NCBI GenBank assembly: GCA_963676615.1
Contig: OY781092.1
Span: 864,001 to 928,000, forward strand
DNA: 64,000 nt
Direction: 5' to 3'
From: Candidatus Cloacimonadota bacterium
GTDB lineage: Bacteria > Cloacimonadota > Cloacimonadia > G963667145
Shown: in pieces, positions 10,665-21,646 of the stretch
Numbering within the stretch: the first letter of the stretch is position 1
Layout of the letters: every line of letters starts with the position of its first letter
The notes under the pieces: model-generated
Database searches by the model: none
Seen by the model: the letters and a program-made list of their open reading frames with translations, nothing else
Told to the model about the DNA's origin: nothing
Position numbers and translations under genes: made by a program

Positions 10665-10892
10665 TTACGCCGCCACAACTTCTTTAATCTCAGGCAGTTC
10701 CGCCTTTAGAACCTTCTCAACACCTTGCTTGAGAGTCAGCGCCGCCATCGGACAACCGCTACAAGCCCCCGTGAGCCGCACCTTTACCACCATATCATCG
10801 CAAATCTCCACCAACTCCACATCTCCGCCATCAGCCTTAATCGCAGGCCGAATCTTGTCTAGCGCTTTTTCAACTTGTTCTTTCGTAATCAT
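10665..10892 (-). CDS. NifU/Nfu-type Fe-S carrier (single domain)
   Basis: IRPAIKADGGDVELV...GACSGCP...TLKQGVE. Confidence 0.92.
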   Translation of the reverse strand: MITKEQVEKALDKIRPAIKADGGDVELVEICDDMVVKVRLTGACSGCPMAALTLKQGVEKVLKAELPEIKEVVAA

Positions 10893-10938
10893 TTTTCTCT
10901 CCTTAAAAATTTTATTCGCACGCCACTTGCGGCAAAAT

Positions 10939-12354
10939 CTAACTATCTTTATTTACAATGCTTTCCAGCTCTTGAGCCAAAGCGAAAAGCTGCTCTTCGC
11001 AAAATTTATTGCCCATAATCTGCACGCTCAGCGGCAAAGCCTGCTGACTGCGTTTTTCGATTGGCACACTAAGCGCCGGAATGCCCGCAATGTTCGCCCC
11101 ACAAGTAAAAACATCCGTATTATACATCTGCACAGGATCCAAACATCGCTCGCCCAATTTTGGCGGAAGCGAGTTTGCCACTGGCGCCAAAATCAAATCG
11201 CACTCGTTTTCAAAAAGATGCGTAAACTCCGCCTCGAAGTTGGCTTTCGCCTGCAACGCCTTTCCATAATAAGCGTCGAAATAGCCCGCCGACAGCACAA
11301 AAGTTCCCAGCATTATGCGTCGTTTGACCTCTTTGCCAAAGCCAGCCGAGCGGGACGCGCCAATCATCTGCATCACGCCATCTGCCTCTTTGCGAGCGGA
11401 ATATCGCACGCCGTCGATCCGCGACAAATTCGACGACAACTCCGCCGTGGTCAGCACATAATAGGTCGGCACAGCAAACTCGCTAGAGGGCAGCGACACC
11501 GATTTGAAACGAAACCCTGCGTCTTTCATCTTTTGAATAAACGCCAAAATTCTCGGCGATAAATCTTTGTCCAGCGCCCGAAAAAACTCATCTGGCAAGC
11601 CGATTACCAAATCTTTGCCCGATTTAATTTCCGCATTTTGGGGATAAACTCTGCTGGTCATATCGTGGGCGGATTTGCCTTTTATACAATCAAAAATTGC
11701 CTTGTTCTCGGCGACCGTTTTGCTCAAAACACCGATTTGGTCGAGCGAAGACGAAAAAGCGGCAAGTCCATAGCGGGAAACGCTGCCATAAGTCGGCTTT
11801 AGCCCGACTAAGCCGCAATAGCTAGCGGGCAACCGCACAGAGCCTCCTGTCTCGCTGCCCAAAGCCACAGGCACCATTCCGCCAGCGACACTCACGGCGG
11901 CGCCACTGCTGGATCCTCCAGGAACACGAGAAGTGTCCAGCGGATTTTTTGACGCTCCAAAATGCGAATACTCGCCCGTTGCGCCCATAGCAAACTCGTC
12001 CAAATTAGTTTTACCGACAATTATCGCGTCTTCAGCCTCCAGCCGCTCAACCACCGTCGCATCAAAAGGACTGCGATAATCTTGCAACGAAGCCGACCCG
12101 CAAGTCATTCTCTGTCCAGCAATTGCGATATTGTCTTTCACCGAAATCGGCAAACCCGCCAAAGAGCCAACGCTCTTCCCCGCGGCAATCTTGGCATCCA
12201 GCTCCTTCGCCTTTTGCAGCGCCCGCTGCTCAAACACCGTAATAAAAGCGTTCAAATCTTTTTGCTGCTCGATTTTTTGCAAAACGCTACTCACCACCGA
12301 AACCGCAGAAACCTCGCCACTACTCACTTTTTTAACTATTTCAAAACTTTCCAA
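10939..12354 (-). CDS. gatA: Asp/Glu-tRNA amidotransferase subunit A
   Basis: Amidase signature (VKDNI, KTNLDEFAMG, PGGSSSG, GSETGGSVR) and the GatA-typical FGKEVKRRIMLGTFVLSAGYFDAYY. Confidence 0.95.
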   Translation of the reverse strand: MESFEIVKKVSSGEVSAVSVVSSVLQKIEQQKDLNAFITVFEQRALQKAKELDAKIAAGKSVGSLAGLPISVKDNIAIAGQRMTCGSASLQDYRSPFDATVVERLEAEDAIIVGKTNLDEFAMGATGEYSHFGASKNPLDTSRVPGGSSSGAAVSVAGGMVPVALGSETGGSVRLPASYCGLVGLKPTYGSVSRYGLAAFSSSLDQIGVLSKTVAENKAIFDCIKGKSAHDMTSRVYPQNAEIKSGKDLVIGLPDEFFRALDKDLSPRILAFIQKMKDAGFRFKSVSLPSSEFAVPTYYVLTTAELSSNLSRIDGVRYSARKEADGVMQMIGASRSAGFGKEVKRRIMLGTFVLSAGYFDAYYGKALQAKANFEAEFTHLFENECDLILAPVANSLPPKLGERCLDPVQMYNTDVFTCGANIAGIPALSVPIEKRSQQALPLSVQIMGNKFCEEQLFALAQELESIVNKDS

Positions 12355-12383
12355 CTTAACTCTCTCTTAAAAAAATTAACTCG

Positions 12384-13898
12384 TCAGCGGAGCAAACTCA
12401 AACCGCTCATCTCTTTTGGCTGCTGGATTTCCATAAGTTCCAAAATCGTCGGCGCAATGTCGCCCAGCTTGCCGTCGGTCAATCTATCTTTGCCGCAACC
12501 AGCCAAAATCAGCTTTACAGGTGAGGTCGTGTGCGCTGTAAAAACTCTGCCCTGCTCATCCAGCATCTTCTCCGCATTGCCGTGATCCGCCGTAACCAGC
12601 ACCTTGTAGCCGTGCGAAAGCGCCGCTGGCACAACCTTGCTCGCCACCGCATCAACCGTTTCCACAGCCTTTTTGGTCGCCAAAAAATCGCCCGTGTGCC
12701 CAACCATATCGCAGTTCGCCAAATTGCAGATAATCAAATCGAACTTCTCGCTCTCCAGCTGTTGCACCAGTTTATCCTGCACCAAATAAGCGCTCATCTC
12801 GGGTTGCAAATCGTAGGACGCCACTTTCGGCGACGGAATCAAAATCCGCTCTTCGCCCGCAAACGGCTCCTCTTTCGTCCCGTTAAAGAAAAAAGTCACA
12901 TGGGCATACTTCTCCGTTTCGGCAATCCTCAGCTGCTTCAAACCAGCGTCCTGCACGACTTCGCCCAAAATATTTTTCAGCTCTGGCAACCGAAAAGCCA
13001 CCTTGCAATAATCTTCCAACTCCGCGCTGTAAGGCGAAATGCACACAAAGCAAAGCTTGTGTAGCTTTTTCCGCTGAAAATCGGCAAACTCTGGCATCAC
13101 AAAAGCGTCCGAAATCTGCCTTGCTCTATCCGCCCTAAAGTTAAAAAAGAAAAGCGAGTCGCCATCCGCAACGCCAGGGGCATCGCCAATCACGCTCGGC
13201 TCAACAAACTCGTCGGTCACATCTTTTGCGTAGCTGGCTTCGATCGCCTCCACCGCATCAGCAAACTTTGCGCCTTCACGCTCGACAAAACACCGATACG
13301 CTCGCTCAACTCTCTCCCAACGATTATCCCTATCCATCGCCCAGTAACGCCCACAAACGCTAGCCACCGTGCATAATCCCTTGCTATCTTGCAAAAACTG
13401 CTCGATGAAACCTTTGCCAGAATGCGGCAAAGTGTCGCGACCGTCGGTCAAAATATGATAAAAAATCTTCTGCGGCGACAAACCTCGCGACGCCGCTAAG
13501 TTCAGAAAAGCAAGTAAATGCTTTGGATTGGAATGCACTTTTCCGTCGGATAGCAGACCAAGGATGTGCAAATTTGTGCCGTTTTGCAAACAGTTGTCGA
13601 TTGCGGCGTTCAGCGCAGGATTTTTGGCGAACTCGCCACTTTGTATTGCCCTATCGATGAGCGTATTCAGTTGATAAACGATGCGCCCTGCGCCGATGTT
13701 CAGGTGTCCGACCTCCGAGTTGCCCATCGTCCCTTTTTCCAGACCGACAGCCTCTCCAGACGGCAAAATCGTCGCCGCTCCGTTCTCCTTTTCCAAACTG
13801 TCCAAAAAAGGAGTGTCGGCAGCCTCCACAGCGTTCCCTTTTCCTTTGGGAGCAACTCCCCAGCCGTCCAAAATCGTCAGCAAAACTTTTTCTTTCAT
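12384..13898 (-). CDS. gpmI: 2,3-bisphosphoglycerate-independent phosphoglycerate mutase
   Basis: ILDGWG, MGNSEVGH, AETEKYAHVTFFFNG, DMVGHTG, TADHGNAE. Confidence 0.97.
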   Translation of the reverse strand: MKEKVLLTILDGWGVAPKGKGNAVEAADTPFLDSLEKENGAATILPSGEAVGLEKGTMGNSEVGHLNIGAGRIVYQLNTLIDRAIQSGEFAKNPALNAAIDNCLQNGTNLHILGLLSDGKVHSNPKHLLAFLNLAASRGLSPQKIFYHILTDGRDTLPHSGKGFIEQFLQDSKGLCTVASVCGRYWAMDRDNRWERVERAYRCFVEREGAKFADAVEAIEASYAKDVTDEFVEPSVIGDAPGVADGDSLFFFNFRADRARQISDAFVMPEFADFQRKKLHKLCFVCISPYSAELEDYCKVAFRLPELKNILGEVVQDAGLKQLRIAETEKYAHVTFFFNGTKEEPFAGEERILIPSPKVASYDLQPEMSAYLVQDKLVQQLESEKFDLIICNLANCDMVGHTGDFLATKKAVETVDAVASKVVPAALSHGYKVLVTADHGNAEKMLDEQGRVFTAHTTSPVKLILAGCGKDRLTDGKLGDIAPTILELMEIQQPKEMSGLSLLR

Positions 13899-14040
13899 AC
13901 ATCACCTCTAATTTGGCAGATTTTATAAAAGTGGTGATTTGTCCAATATTTTTGCCAAAAAGTTTGCTTAACGCTGATTTTTTTTAGAGAAAGAAAATCG
14001 AGAACCGACTTTCCAGAAAAAAAATTGCGACAGCCGCTAT

Positions 14041-14748
14041 CTAGCGACCAAAAAGGTTTCTGATTTGTCGCTGCGAGAGAGGTTTCCACATTCCCAGCGG
14101 CAAACTGCCCAGTTGCAGACCGCCGATTTGCACCCGCACCAGTTTGCTCACCTCCAGCCCCACAGACGACACCATCCGCCGCACCTGCCGCTTGCGCCCC
14201 TCTTTTATGACAATCTTCAAACTGCTCTGACTTTGGCTGGCTTTATTGATGTAAACTTTTGCGGGCAAAGTCATCTTGCCGTCAATATTCACGCCGCTTC
14301 GGAGCTTTTGAGCATCCTCTTTGCTGAAATATCCGTCAACGCTCACCTTGTAAACTTTTTCCAGCTTGTAGCGAGGATGAATGACTTTGTTGGCAAAATC
14401 GCCATCGCTAGTCAGGAGCAAAAGCCCTTGCGAAAGGTAGTCGAGCCTGCCCACAGCGAAAAGATGCATCCCAAAATCGGGCAGCAAATCGTAAACCAGC
14501 TTTCTGCCAAAATCGTCTTTGTGCGACACCAAATAGCCAGGCGGCTTGTTAATCATCAAATAAATTTTGTCGTCGTTATACTCAACTGGCTTGCCGTCAA
14601 CCTCGACTGCGTCGTTTTTTGGGTCAACTCGCCAGCTAAACTCTCGGCAGACATCGCCGTTAATCTTGACTTTTCCATCAGAAATCAGCGACTCGACGCC
14701 TCTTCTGGAGCCAAGACCGCAAAACGCCAAAAACTTATTTATTCTCAA
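14041..14748 (-). CDS. rRNA pseudouridine synthase, RsuA/RluB family
   Basis: S4 domain (RINKFLA...SRR), VGRLD catalytic motif, EGRKRQVRRM. Confidence 0.92.
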   Translation of the reverse strand: MRINKFLAFCGLGSRRGVESLISDGKVKINGDVCREFSWRVDPKNDAVEVDGKPVEYNDDKIYLMINKPPGYLVSHKDDFGRKLVYDLLPDFGMHLFAVGRLDYLSQGLLLLTSDGDFANKVIHPRYKLEKVYKVSVDGYFSKEDAQKLRSGVNIDGKMTLPAKVYINKASQSQSSLKIVIKEGRKRQVRRMVSSVGLEVSKLVRVQIGGLQLGSLPLGMWKPLSQRQIRNLFGR

Positions 14749-14757
14749 AACAAACCG

Positions 14758-15300
14758 TTACCACGACTCGAAAGTGGAGTTGTTAATCTCGTCAAACAGC
14801 TCCTCGAAAATCTTCGGCTTAATAATCAGCTCGTATTTGTCACGATTGTTGTCCTGCGCTTCCGAGATCGTCACATCCACATTTATGTCGGGATTGCTCG
14901 GATCGCCAATGGCGTAGGTGATGTTATAGGTTTTGTTCGTGGCAGAAAAGAGCGTTCGGTCTTTCACCAAATCGTAAAACTCCACATTGAAGCTCATCTT
15001 GATGTGATAGCTCTCCACAACATCGTCGGAGTCGTATTTGTCCACCTCGTCCACATAGGTCAAAATCTCGCCCTTGAGCACGCAATCGGCATCTTTGGTC
15101 TGCGTTTTGAGGTTACTGTTGGAGTTGAACTGCTTGGTCAGATAGTCCAGCAAATCCTCGTCCAGCCAGTCCTCGTCCGTCGAATTGACAAAAGTCTGCA
15201 CCGTTATCGTTTTTAGATACGAAAGCCCGTGTCCTCCAACGCTGTAGGCACAACCCAAAATCAGCATCGGCAAAAAAAGAGCCAAAAATCTTTTTAACAT
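14758..15300 (-). CDS. LptE-like (LPS assembly) lipoprotein
   Basis: Lipobox ILGC followed by AYS, LKTITVQTFVNST, ADCVLKGEI, C-terminal ESW; resembles LptE-family proteins of non-proteobacterial diderms. Confidence 0.7.
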   Translation of the reverse strand: MLKRFLALFLPMLILGCAYSVGGHGLSYLKTITVQTFVNSTDEDWLDEDLLDYLTKQFNSNSNLKTQTKDADCVLKGEILTYVDEVDKYDSDDVVESYHIKMSFNVEFYDLVKDRTLFSATNKTYNITYAIGDPSNPDINVDVTISEAQDNNRDKYELIIKPKIFEELFDEINNSTFESW

Positions 15301-15325
15301 CTCAATTTCCTTTTCCTAAAAAATT

Positions 15326-16474
15326 TCAAAAAAAATCTCTCACTTTATCCAAAAAAGTTCTTTTCGGCTTTAGCTCTCTTTTTTCGTCAAACTTGGCAAG
15401 TTTTTCATACAACTTTTTCTCTTCTTTACTCAATTTTTCGGGAATTGCCACCGAAATCTGCACGAACATATCGCCTTTGTAGCCACGATTTACCACAGGA
15501 AGCCCCTGCCCTTTCACTCGCAAAACTTTCCCCGATTCTGTGCCAGGAGCCACCTTCAGCTTTAGCTTGCTGCCATAAATCGACTCGATAATCACCTGTC
15601 CGCCAAGCACAGCCGTCGAGACGCTAATGGGATAATCGACATACAAATTTTCCGCATCGCGCGCAAAAATAGGATGCTCCTTCTCCTGAATCACGACGAT
15701 CAAATCGCCGTTTGTGCCGCCATTTTCTGCGGCGTTCCCCTGACCGTCTAGGCGCAAATATTGCCCCTCTTCTACTCCCGCTGGGATTTTCACCATCACC
15801 GTTTTTTGCTTATCGACTCTGCCGCTGCCATTGCAACTTTTGCACGGATTTTTGATAATCTGCCCTCTGCCGCCGCACGCAGGACACTCGACCACCGTCT
15901 GCATTCTGCCAAAAAAACCGTTTTGCACTTGGCGAACTTTGCCTGTGCCGCCACACTGCGAGCAGACCTCTTTTTTGCCGTCGGCAGAGCCAGTGCCGCC
16001 GCACTTTTGGCAAGCCTCTTTCACTTTCAGCTTTATCTTTTTTTGGCAACCTTCGGCAATCTCCAGCAAGCTCAAGCTAACTTTAATCTGCAAATCTTCG
16101 CCACGATTTGCCCTTCTGCCCGAGCGACGACTTCCTCCAAAAATGTTCCCGAAAAACGACGAAAAACCGTCAGACTCAAAAATATCCGAAAAATCTCCAC
16201 CGTGCGTAAAATCTGACCAGCGAAAACCGCCCTGATGCCCAAAAGCGCCGTCCATTCCTGCGTGACCAAACTGGTCGTAACGCGCCTTTTTGTTCTCGTC
16301 GGACAGCACCTCATACGCCTCCGAGGCTTCCTTAAACTTCTCCTCCGCCTCTTTGTCGCCCTGATTTTTGTCGGGATGAAACTTCATCGCTAGCTTCCGA
16401 TAAGCTTTCTTTATCTCCGCAGCGCTGGCACTTTTCTCCAGCCCCAGCACCTGATAATAATCTCTTTTTGACAT
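15326..16474 (-). CDS. dnaJ: Chaperone DnaJ
   Basis: J domain with HPD, G/F region, four CxxCxGxG repeats. Confidence 0.98.
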   Translation of the reverse strand: MSKRDYYQVLGLEKSASAAEIKKAYRKLAMKFHPDKNQGDKEAEEKFKEASEAYEVLSDENKKARYDQFGHAGMDGAFGHQGGFRWSDFTHGGDFSDIFESDGFSSFFGNIFGGSRRSGRRANRGEDLQIKVSLSLLEIAEGCQKKIKLKVKEACQKCGGTGSADGKKEVCSQCGGTGKVRQVQNGFFGRMQTVVECPACGGRGQIIKNPCKSCNGSGRVDKQKTVMVKIPAGVEEGQYLRLDGQGNAAENGGTNGDLIVVIQEKEHPIFARDAENLYVDYPISVSTAVLGGQVIIESIYGSKLKLKVAPGTESGKVLRVKGQGLPVVNRGYKGDMFVQISVAIPEKLSKEEKKLYEKLAKFDEKRELKPKRTFLDKVRDFF

Positions 16475-16583
16475 AATCTCTTTCTAAACTCCAATATCTT
16501 AAAAAAAACTTTTTAATTTCTATTTGTTTTGCCCACTTACCAAAAAAAATCAGCGAGCCAAACAGATAAAAACCAAATCTAAT

Positions 16584-16629
16584 TTAGCAAGCAGAAAGGC
16601 AAAGAAAATCTTCACCTTTCGCTTACTAA
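16584..16629 (-). terminator. Long stem-loop between dnaK and dnaJ (mRNA-stabilising or partial terminator)
   Basis: Minus strand TTAGTAAGC-GAAAGGT-GAAGA ttt TCTTT-GCCTTTC-T-GCTTGCTAA folds into a ~21-bp stem with G-U pairs; no immediate U tract. Confidence 0.55.
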
Positions 16630-16664
16630 CAATTTCAATTTCTCTATGTAAAGAAAAAAAAGGG

Positions 16665-18611
16665 TTACTTCTTCTCGTCGTCGTCCACAACCTCAAAATC
16701 CGCATCAACTGGGCCATCGCTCTTTTGCTCAGATGCACCAGCGCCCGCTCCTTGAGCCTGTCCGCCAGCTTCAGCTCCGCCTCCAGCGGCTTGATTTTTC
16801 TGCATCTCTGCCTGCAAAATCTCGCCAATCTTTTGAGCCTTGCTCGCCAGCTCGTCCCTTGCGGCAATCACCTCTTCTTTTGTGGTAGCCTTATCTTTCT
16901 TCTCTTTGGCGTCCTTCACCGCGTCCTCGATTTTCTTCTTCTCGTCATCCGCCAACTTGTCGGCATACTCCTGCAAAGACTTTTCCGTCGAGAAAATCAA
17001 AGTATCCAGCTCGTTCTTGGCGTTAATCAGCTCCTTGCGCTTATCGTCCTCCGCCTTGTTCGCCTCTGCCTCTTTGACCATCTTCTCGATCTCCTCCTCA
17101 GACAAAGACCCCGGACGCTCAATCTTAATCGACTGCTCCTTGCCCGTGCCCTTATCTTTGGCAGTCACATGCAAAATTCCGTTAGCGTCAATATCAAAAG
17201 TCACCTCAATTTGCGGAACGCCCCTTGGCGCAGGCGGCAATCCAACAAGATCGAAATTCCCCAGAACTCTGTTATCCACAGCCATCGGGCGCTCGCCTTG
17301 CAACACCTTGATATTCACAGCCGGCTGATTGTCCGCAGCCGTCGAGAACACCTGCGACTTTTTCGTCGGAATCGTCGTGTTCCGCTCAATCAACGCAGTC
17401 ATCACACCGCCCATCGTCTCGATACCCAAAGTAAGCGGCGTCACATCCAGCAAAAGCACATCGTCCACGCTCTCGTCTCCGCTAAGGATGCCGCCTTGGA
17501 TGCCAGCGCCTGTCGCCACAACCTCGTCTGGATTTACCGACTTATTCGCTTTTTTGCCAAAATATTTTTCCACAGCCTCAACCACCGCTGGAATCCTTGT
17601 TGAGCCACCAACCAGCAGCACCTCGTCAACCTTATCAGCGCTCAAACCAGCGTCACTCATCGCTTTGCGACAAGGCTCGATGCTCTTGGCAATCAGATCC
17701 GCAACCATCGAATCGAACTCCGCTCTGCTCAAATTCAAATCAAGGTGCTTGGGACCAGTAGCATCCGCGGTAATAAACGGCAAGTTAATATTGGCGCTGG
17801 TCGTGCCAGAAAGCTCAATCTTCGCCTTTTCCGCAGCCTCTTTCAGCCGTTGCATAACAGTCGCATCGCCCGCCAAATCGATACCCTCTTGCTCCTTAAA
17901 CTTCTTCAAAATCCAACCGATAATCTTTTGGTCAAAATCGTCGCCACCCAAGTGCGTGTCGCCGTTGGTCGAAAGCACCTCAATCACGCCATCGGAAATA
18001 TCCAAAATCGAAATATCAAAAGTTCCGCCACCAAGGTCATAGACAGCCACCTTCTCCTCTTTTTGCGAGTTGAGCCCATACGCCAAAGCCGCCGCAGTCG
18101 GCTCGTTGATAATCCTCTTCACATCCAAACCAGCAATCTTGCCCGCATCTTTGGTCGCCTGGCGTTGCGCATCGTTAAAATACGCCGGCACAGTTATCAC
18201 TGCCTCGGTAACTTTCTGCCCCAAATACGCCTCCGCCGTCTCCTTCATTCTGCCCAAAATCATCGACGAAATCTCTTGCGGGGTAAAATCTTTGCTCTCC
18301 ACATCGATATGAAAAACCGCTTCGCTCTTGCCCTGCTTGACCTCATACGGCACAGTCTTAATCTCTTCCGAGAGCTCATTCAACTGCCGTCCGATAAACC
18401 TCTTCGCCGAAAAAATCGTGTTCTTGGGGTTCGTCACCGCCTGTCTTTTCGCCAAAAGTCCAACCAACCGTTGCTTATCTTTGGTAAAACCGACCACCGA
18501 AGGCGTGGTTCTGTTGCCCTCCGCATTCGTTATCACCACGGGCTTTCCGCCCTCCATCACACTCACGCACGAGTTCGTCGTGCCCAAATCTATACCTATT
18601 ATTTTTCCCAT
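16665..18611 (-). CDS. dnaK: Chaperone DnaK
   Basis: [25 protein letters not shown]; carries the diderm-type N-terminal insert. Confidence 0.99.
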   Translation of the reverse strand: MGKIIGIDLGTTNSCVSVMEGGKPVVITNAEGNRTTPSVVGFTKDKQRLVGLLAKRQAVTNPKNTIFSAKRFIGRQLNELSEEIKTVPYEVKQGKSEAVFHIDVESKDFTPQEISSMILGRMKETAEAYLGQKVTEAVITVPAYFNDAQRQATKDAGKIAGLDVKRIINEPTAAALAYGLNSQKEEKVAVYDLGGGTFDISILDISDGVIEVLSTNGDTHLGGDDFDQKIIGWILKKFKEQEGIDLAGDATVMQRLKEAAEKAKIELSGTTSANINLPFITADATGPKHLDLNLSRAEFDSMVADLIAKSIEPCRKAMSDAGLSADKVDEVLLVGGSTRIPAVVEAVEKYFGKKANKSVNPDEVVATGAGIQGGILSGDESVDDVLLLDVTPLTLGIETMGGVMTALIERNTTIPTKKSQVFSTAADNQPAVNIKVLQGERPMAVDNRVLGNFDLVGLPPAPRGVPQIEVTFDIDANGILHVTAKDKGTGKEQSIKIERPGSLSEEEIEKMVKEAEANKAEDDKRKELINAKNELDTLIFSTEKSLQEYADKLADDEKKKIEDAVKDAKEKKDKATTKEEVIAARDELASKAQKIGEILQAEMQKNQAAGGGAEAGGQAQGAGAGASEQKSDGPVDADFEVVDDDEKK

Positions 18612-18640
18612 AATAATCTCCTTCTAAATTTTTATTTTTT

Positions 18641-19795
18641 TTAAAACGCTGCCTGCAAAATCTGCAAAACATCGTCCTGATTTAACTCGAAAAATCCGCC
18701 AATACTCTTTTGCGACAACATCGTCTTCTGTGCCATCGCCTGCAAATCCTCTTTCTTAATCCCCACTTGCGACAACCGATTTGGCATTCCCAGCGACACA
18801 AAAAACTCCTTCAGCATAAGCACAAACCGTTCGGCAATCTTATCGCCTTCCAGAGCGAACAACTGCGTTCCCAGCTCCTCAAATCTCCGCTTTGGTGCGC
18901 CCTTTGCCAGCACAAAATCCATCCAAGCAGGCAAAATAATCGCCAAACCCACACCGTGCGTGATGTCCGAAACAGCCGAAACGCCGTGCTCCATCTGATG
19001 ACTCGCCCAATCGCTTACTTTTCCCGCAGCAATCAGCCCGTTCAAAGCCATCGTGGACGCCCACATCAAATTCGCCCGTGCCTGATAATCTTGCGGCTTC
19101 AGCAGCGCCACAGGTGCATACTGCAAACAAGTTTTCAAAAGCCCAATCGAAAATTCGTCGCAAACCATCATATCATCCGTCGGCGAAAAATATTGCTCAA
19201 AAATGTGCGCCATAATATCCACAGATCCAGCCGCCGTGTGACGCGCGTTCACGCTATAAGTCTCCTCGGGATTCAAAATCGCAAAACTCGGAACCTGCAA
19301 AAGGCTATAAGTCGGGATTTTTTCCAAAGTCTCGTCGTTGGAAATCACCGCATTGGCGTTATTTTCCGTGCCCGTTGCCGCCAAAGTCATAATGCAGCCA
19401 AGAGGCACAGCCTGCGCGGGGTTGTCGCCGTTTTTCACCATCTGCCAGGCGTCGCCATCATAATAGACCGCCCGCGCGATGCACTTGCTGCAATCCACAA
19501 CACTGCCTCCACCGACTGCCAAAATAAAATCCAGCCCTTGCTCACGAACCATCTCAACGCCCTTGCGAACGCTACTCACTTTCGGATTTGGCGCAATATT
19601 CGAAAGCTCCGCAAAACTATTTGCTTCCGCCCGCAAAACCTTTACCACCTTATCATACAAGCCACTTTTTTTGATGCTGCCAGAGCCGTAGGTCAGCAAA
19701 ACTTTTTTTCCCTTTATCAAATTTGGCAAATTGTCCAAAGCCGTTTTGCCAAAAAATATCTGTGTCGGTAATTGAAAGTAAAAATCGTTCATCAC
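18641..19795 (-). CDS. Iron-containing alcohol dehydrogenase (butanol dehydrogenase/YqhD-like)
   Basis: AVGGGSVVD, TLAATGTE, DIMAHIFEQY, HQMEH, HGVGLA metal ligands. Confidence 0.93.
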   Translation of the reverse strand: MMNDFYFQLPTQIFFGKTALDNLPNLIKGKKVLLTYGSGSIKKSGLYDKVVKVLRAEANSFAELSNIAPNPKVSSVRKGVEMVREQGLDFILAVGGGSVVDCSKCIARAVYYDGDAWQMVKNGDNPAQAVPLGCIMTLAATGTENNANAVISNDETLEKIPTYSLLQVPSFAILNPEETYSVNARHTAAGSVDIMAHIFEQYFSPTDDMMVCDEFSIGLLKTCLQYAPVALLKPQDYQARANLMWASTMALNGLIAAGKVSDWASHQMEHGVSAVSDITHGVGLAIILPAWMDFVLAKGAPKRRFEELGTQLFALEGDKIAERFVLMLKEFFVSLGMPNRLSQVGIKKEDLQAMAQKTMLSQKSIGGFFELNQDDVLQILQAAF

Positions 19796-19802
19796 TCCTC
19801 CT

Positions 19803-20378
19803 TTATTGCGCCAAAGCCGCAGCCAGCTTCAGCAAATTCTCGCCCAAATTTTCCATATTCGCCATACCCTCTGCGTCGTTTTTGACCTCGCCGGGAGCGT
19901 TCCCCAGACCGAAATTCCAGTAGGTCGAGCCCGCAATATTCATCTGCTGGATAGCGAAAAAATGGTTGAGCGTGTCCACACTCGGCAGCATTCCGCCCCT
20001 TCTGGCAGCCACCACAGCCGCACCAACTTTGCCTTTGAGCAAAAATCCGTTCGCCCGACACACCAAAGCCGCTCTGTCCATAAAAGCTTTCATCTGCGCC
20101 GAAACATCCGCCACATAAACTGGCGAGCCCAGCACAATCGCGTCCGCATTTTTTAGCTTTTGCACCATTTCGTTCAAATAATCTTTGGCAATTACGCACT
20201 TCTCGTCCTTATTTTTCGCGCACTGACGGCATCCCAGACAAACACGCACGCTATCAAAAGGCAACTGAAAAATCTCCGTGTCGTGACCAGCGTCTTTCGC
20301 CGCCTGCAAAACTTTCTCCATCAAAATCGCCGTGTTTCCGTCCTTGTGCGGACTCCCATTAATCGCCAAAAATTTCAT
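19803..20378 (-). CDS. Flavodoxin-family iron-sulfur flavoprotein (Isf-like), copy B
   Basis: INGSPHKDGNT, CLGCRQC-x7-C, GSPVY, MKAFMDR, RRGG. Start moved to ATG 20378 (GAGG RBS). Confidence 0.9.
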   Translation of the reverse strand: MKFLAINGSPHKDGNTAILMEKVLQAAKDAGHDTEIFQLPFDSVRVCLGCRQCAKNKDEKCVIAKDYLNEMVQKLKNADAIVLGSPVYVADVSAQMKAFMDRAALVCRANGFLLKGKVGAAVVAARRGGMLPSVDTLNHFFAIQQMNIAGSTYWNFGLGNAPGEVKNDAEGMANMENLGENLLKLAAALAQ

Positions 20379-20391
20379 AACCTCTCCCAAA

Positions 20392-20976
20392 CTACTTGCT
20401 GGTTTGCAAAGCCACAGCCAGCTTCAGCAAATTCTCGCCCAAATTTTCCATATTCGCCATACCCTCTGCGTCGTTTTTTACCTCGCCTGGAGCCATTCCA
20501 AGAGCAAAATTCCAGTAAGTCGAGCCAGGAACATTCACCTGTTGCATCAAAAAGAAGTGGTTCATCGCATCCACCGTCGGAAGCGCACCGCCTCTGCGAA
20601 CAGCCGCTACTGCCGCACCAACTTTGCCGTTGAGCAAACCACCATTGGCGATAGAAACCAAAGCCGCTCTATCCAAAAAAGCTTTCATCTGCGCCGAAAC
20701 ATCCGCCACATAAACTGGCGAACCCAGCACAATCGCATCCGCATTTTTTAGCTTTTGCACCATTTCGTTCAAATAATCTTTGCTAATTACACACTTTTCG
20801 TTTTTATTCATAAAACATTGCGAGCAGCCAACGCAAGCCTGCAAATCTTTACACGGCAACTGAAAAATCTCCGTGTCGTGACCAGCGTCTTTCGCCGCCT
20901 GCAAAACTTTCTCCAGCAAAATCGCCGTGTTGCCGTCCTTGTGCGGACTCCCATTAATCGCCAAAAATTTCATCAT
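20392..20976 (-). CDS. Flavodoxin-family iron-sulfur flavoprotein (Isf-like), copy A
   Basis: INGSPHKDGNT, CVGCSQC-x7-C, GSPVY, MKAFLDR, RRGG; AGGAGG RBS. Confidence 0.9.
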   Translation of the reverse strand: MMKFLAINGSPHKDGNTAILLEKVLQAAKDAGHDTEIFQLPCKDLQACVGCSQCFMNKNEKCVISKDYLNEMVQKLKNADAIVLGSPVYVADVSAQMKAFLDRAALVSIANGGLLNGKVGAAVAAVRRGGALPTVDAMNHFFLMQQVNVPGSTYWNFALGMAPGEVKNDAEGMANMENLGENLLKLAVALQTSK

Positions 20977-20991
20977 TACCTCCTGATTTCG

Positions 20992-21585
20992 TTACGCCTG
21001 CTCGCCGCTACTGACAGCAACTTGAGCAGGTCGCAAAATTTTATCGCCCTTTTTGTAACCGTTTTTTATCACAAAAGCCACGCAATCTTTTTCCACGCCT
21101 GGAGCCGGCACATGCGAGAGCGCCTCGTGCTGCTCGGGGTCAAACTCCTGCCCTTGCGACTCCACCTTCTCCACACCCTCTTTCTCCAAAACTCCCACCA
21201 GCTGATTATAAATCTGCTTCGTCCCCTTCATAAAATCCTCGAACTGATGCTTTTGCGCCCCCGAATCCAAAGCTCGCTCAAAATTGTCCAGCACATCGCA
21301 AACCTCCAAAATAATCTTCTCCGTGGCGAACTTTATCCACTGCTCGCGCTCCTTTATCGACCGTTTGCGAAAATTCTCGAACTCCGCCAAATTTCTCGCC
21401 AGTCGATCTTTCAAAAGCAAAACCTCTTGCTCAGCAGCCGCCAGCTTCTCTTTTGGAGACAGCTTCTTCTCCTTTTTCTTCTTCTCTTTTTTGGGCTCAG
21501 CTGCCGCCTCTACCGCCTGCTTTTCTTCCGCAACCACTTTTTCTTCTTCAACTTGGCTATATTTTTTTTCATCGCTTTTGCTCAT
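20992..21585 (-). CDS. grpE: Nucleotide exchange factor GrpE
   Basis: AEFENFRKR, DNFERAL, FDPEQHEA, GY...LRPAQV. Start moved to ATG 21585 (GAGG RBS); the track start lies inside the CIRCE element. Confidence 0.96.
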   Translation of the reverse strand: MSKSDEKKYSQVEEEKVVAEEKQAVEAAAEPKKEKKKKEKKLSPKEKLAAAEQEVLLLKDRLARNLAEFENFRKRSIKEREQWIKFATEKIILEVCDVLDNFERALDSGAQKHQFEDFMKGTKQIYNQLVGVLEKEGVEKVESQGQEFDPEQHEALSHVPAPGVEKDCVAFVIKNGYKKGDKILRPAQVAVSSGEQA

Positions 21586-21619
21586 TTTTTCCTCAAACTC
21601 CTTACAAGAAACAACTTCT

Positions 21620-21646
21620 TTAGCAATCTCAAACACCGAGTGCTAA
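21620..21646. promoter_or_regulatory. CIRCE element (HrcA operator)
   Basis: TTAGCAATC-TCAAACACC-GAGTGCTAA, one mismatch to TTAGCACTC-N9-GAGTGCTAA, 34 nt upstream of grpE and downstream of a TTGACA at 21682-21677. Confidence 0.93.

Noticed and set aside
16584..16629. Second CIRCE between dnaK and dnaJ (TTAGCAAGC...GCTTACTAA)
   Set aside because: The spacer is 28 nt rather than 9 and the arms deviate from consensus; better explained as an RNA hairpin.
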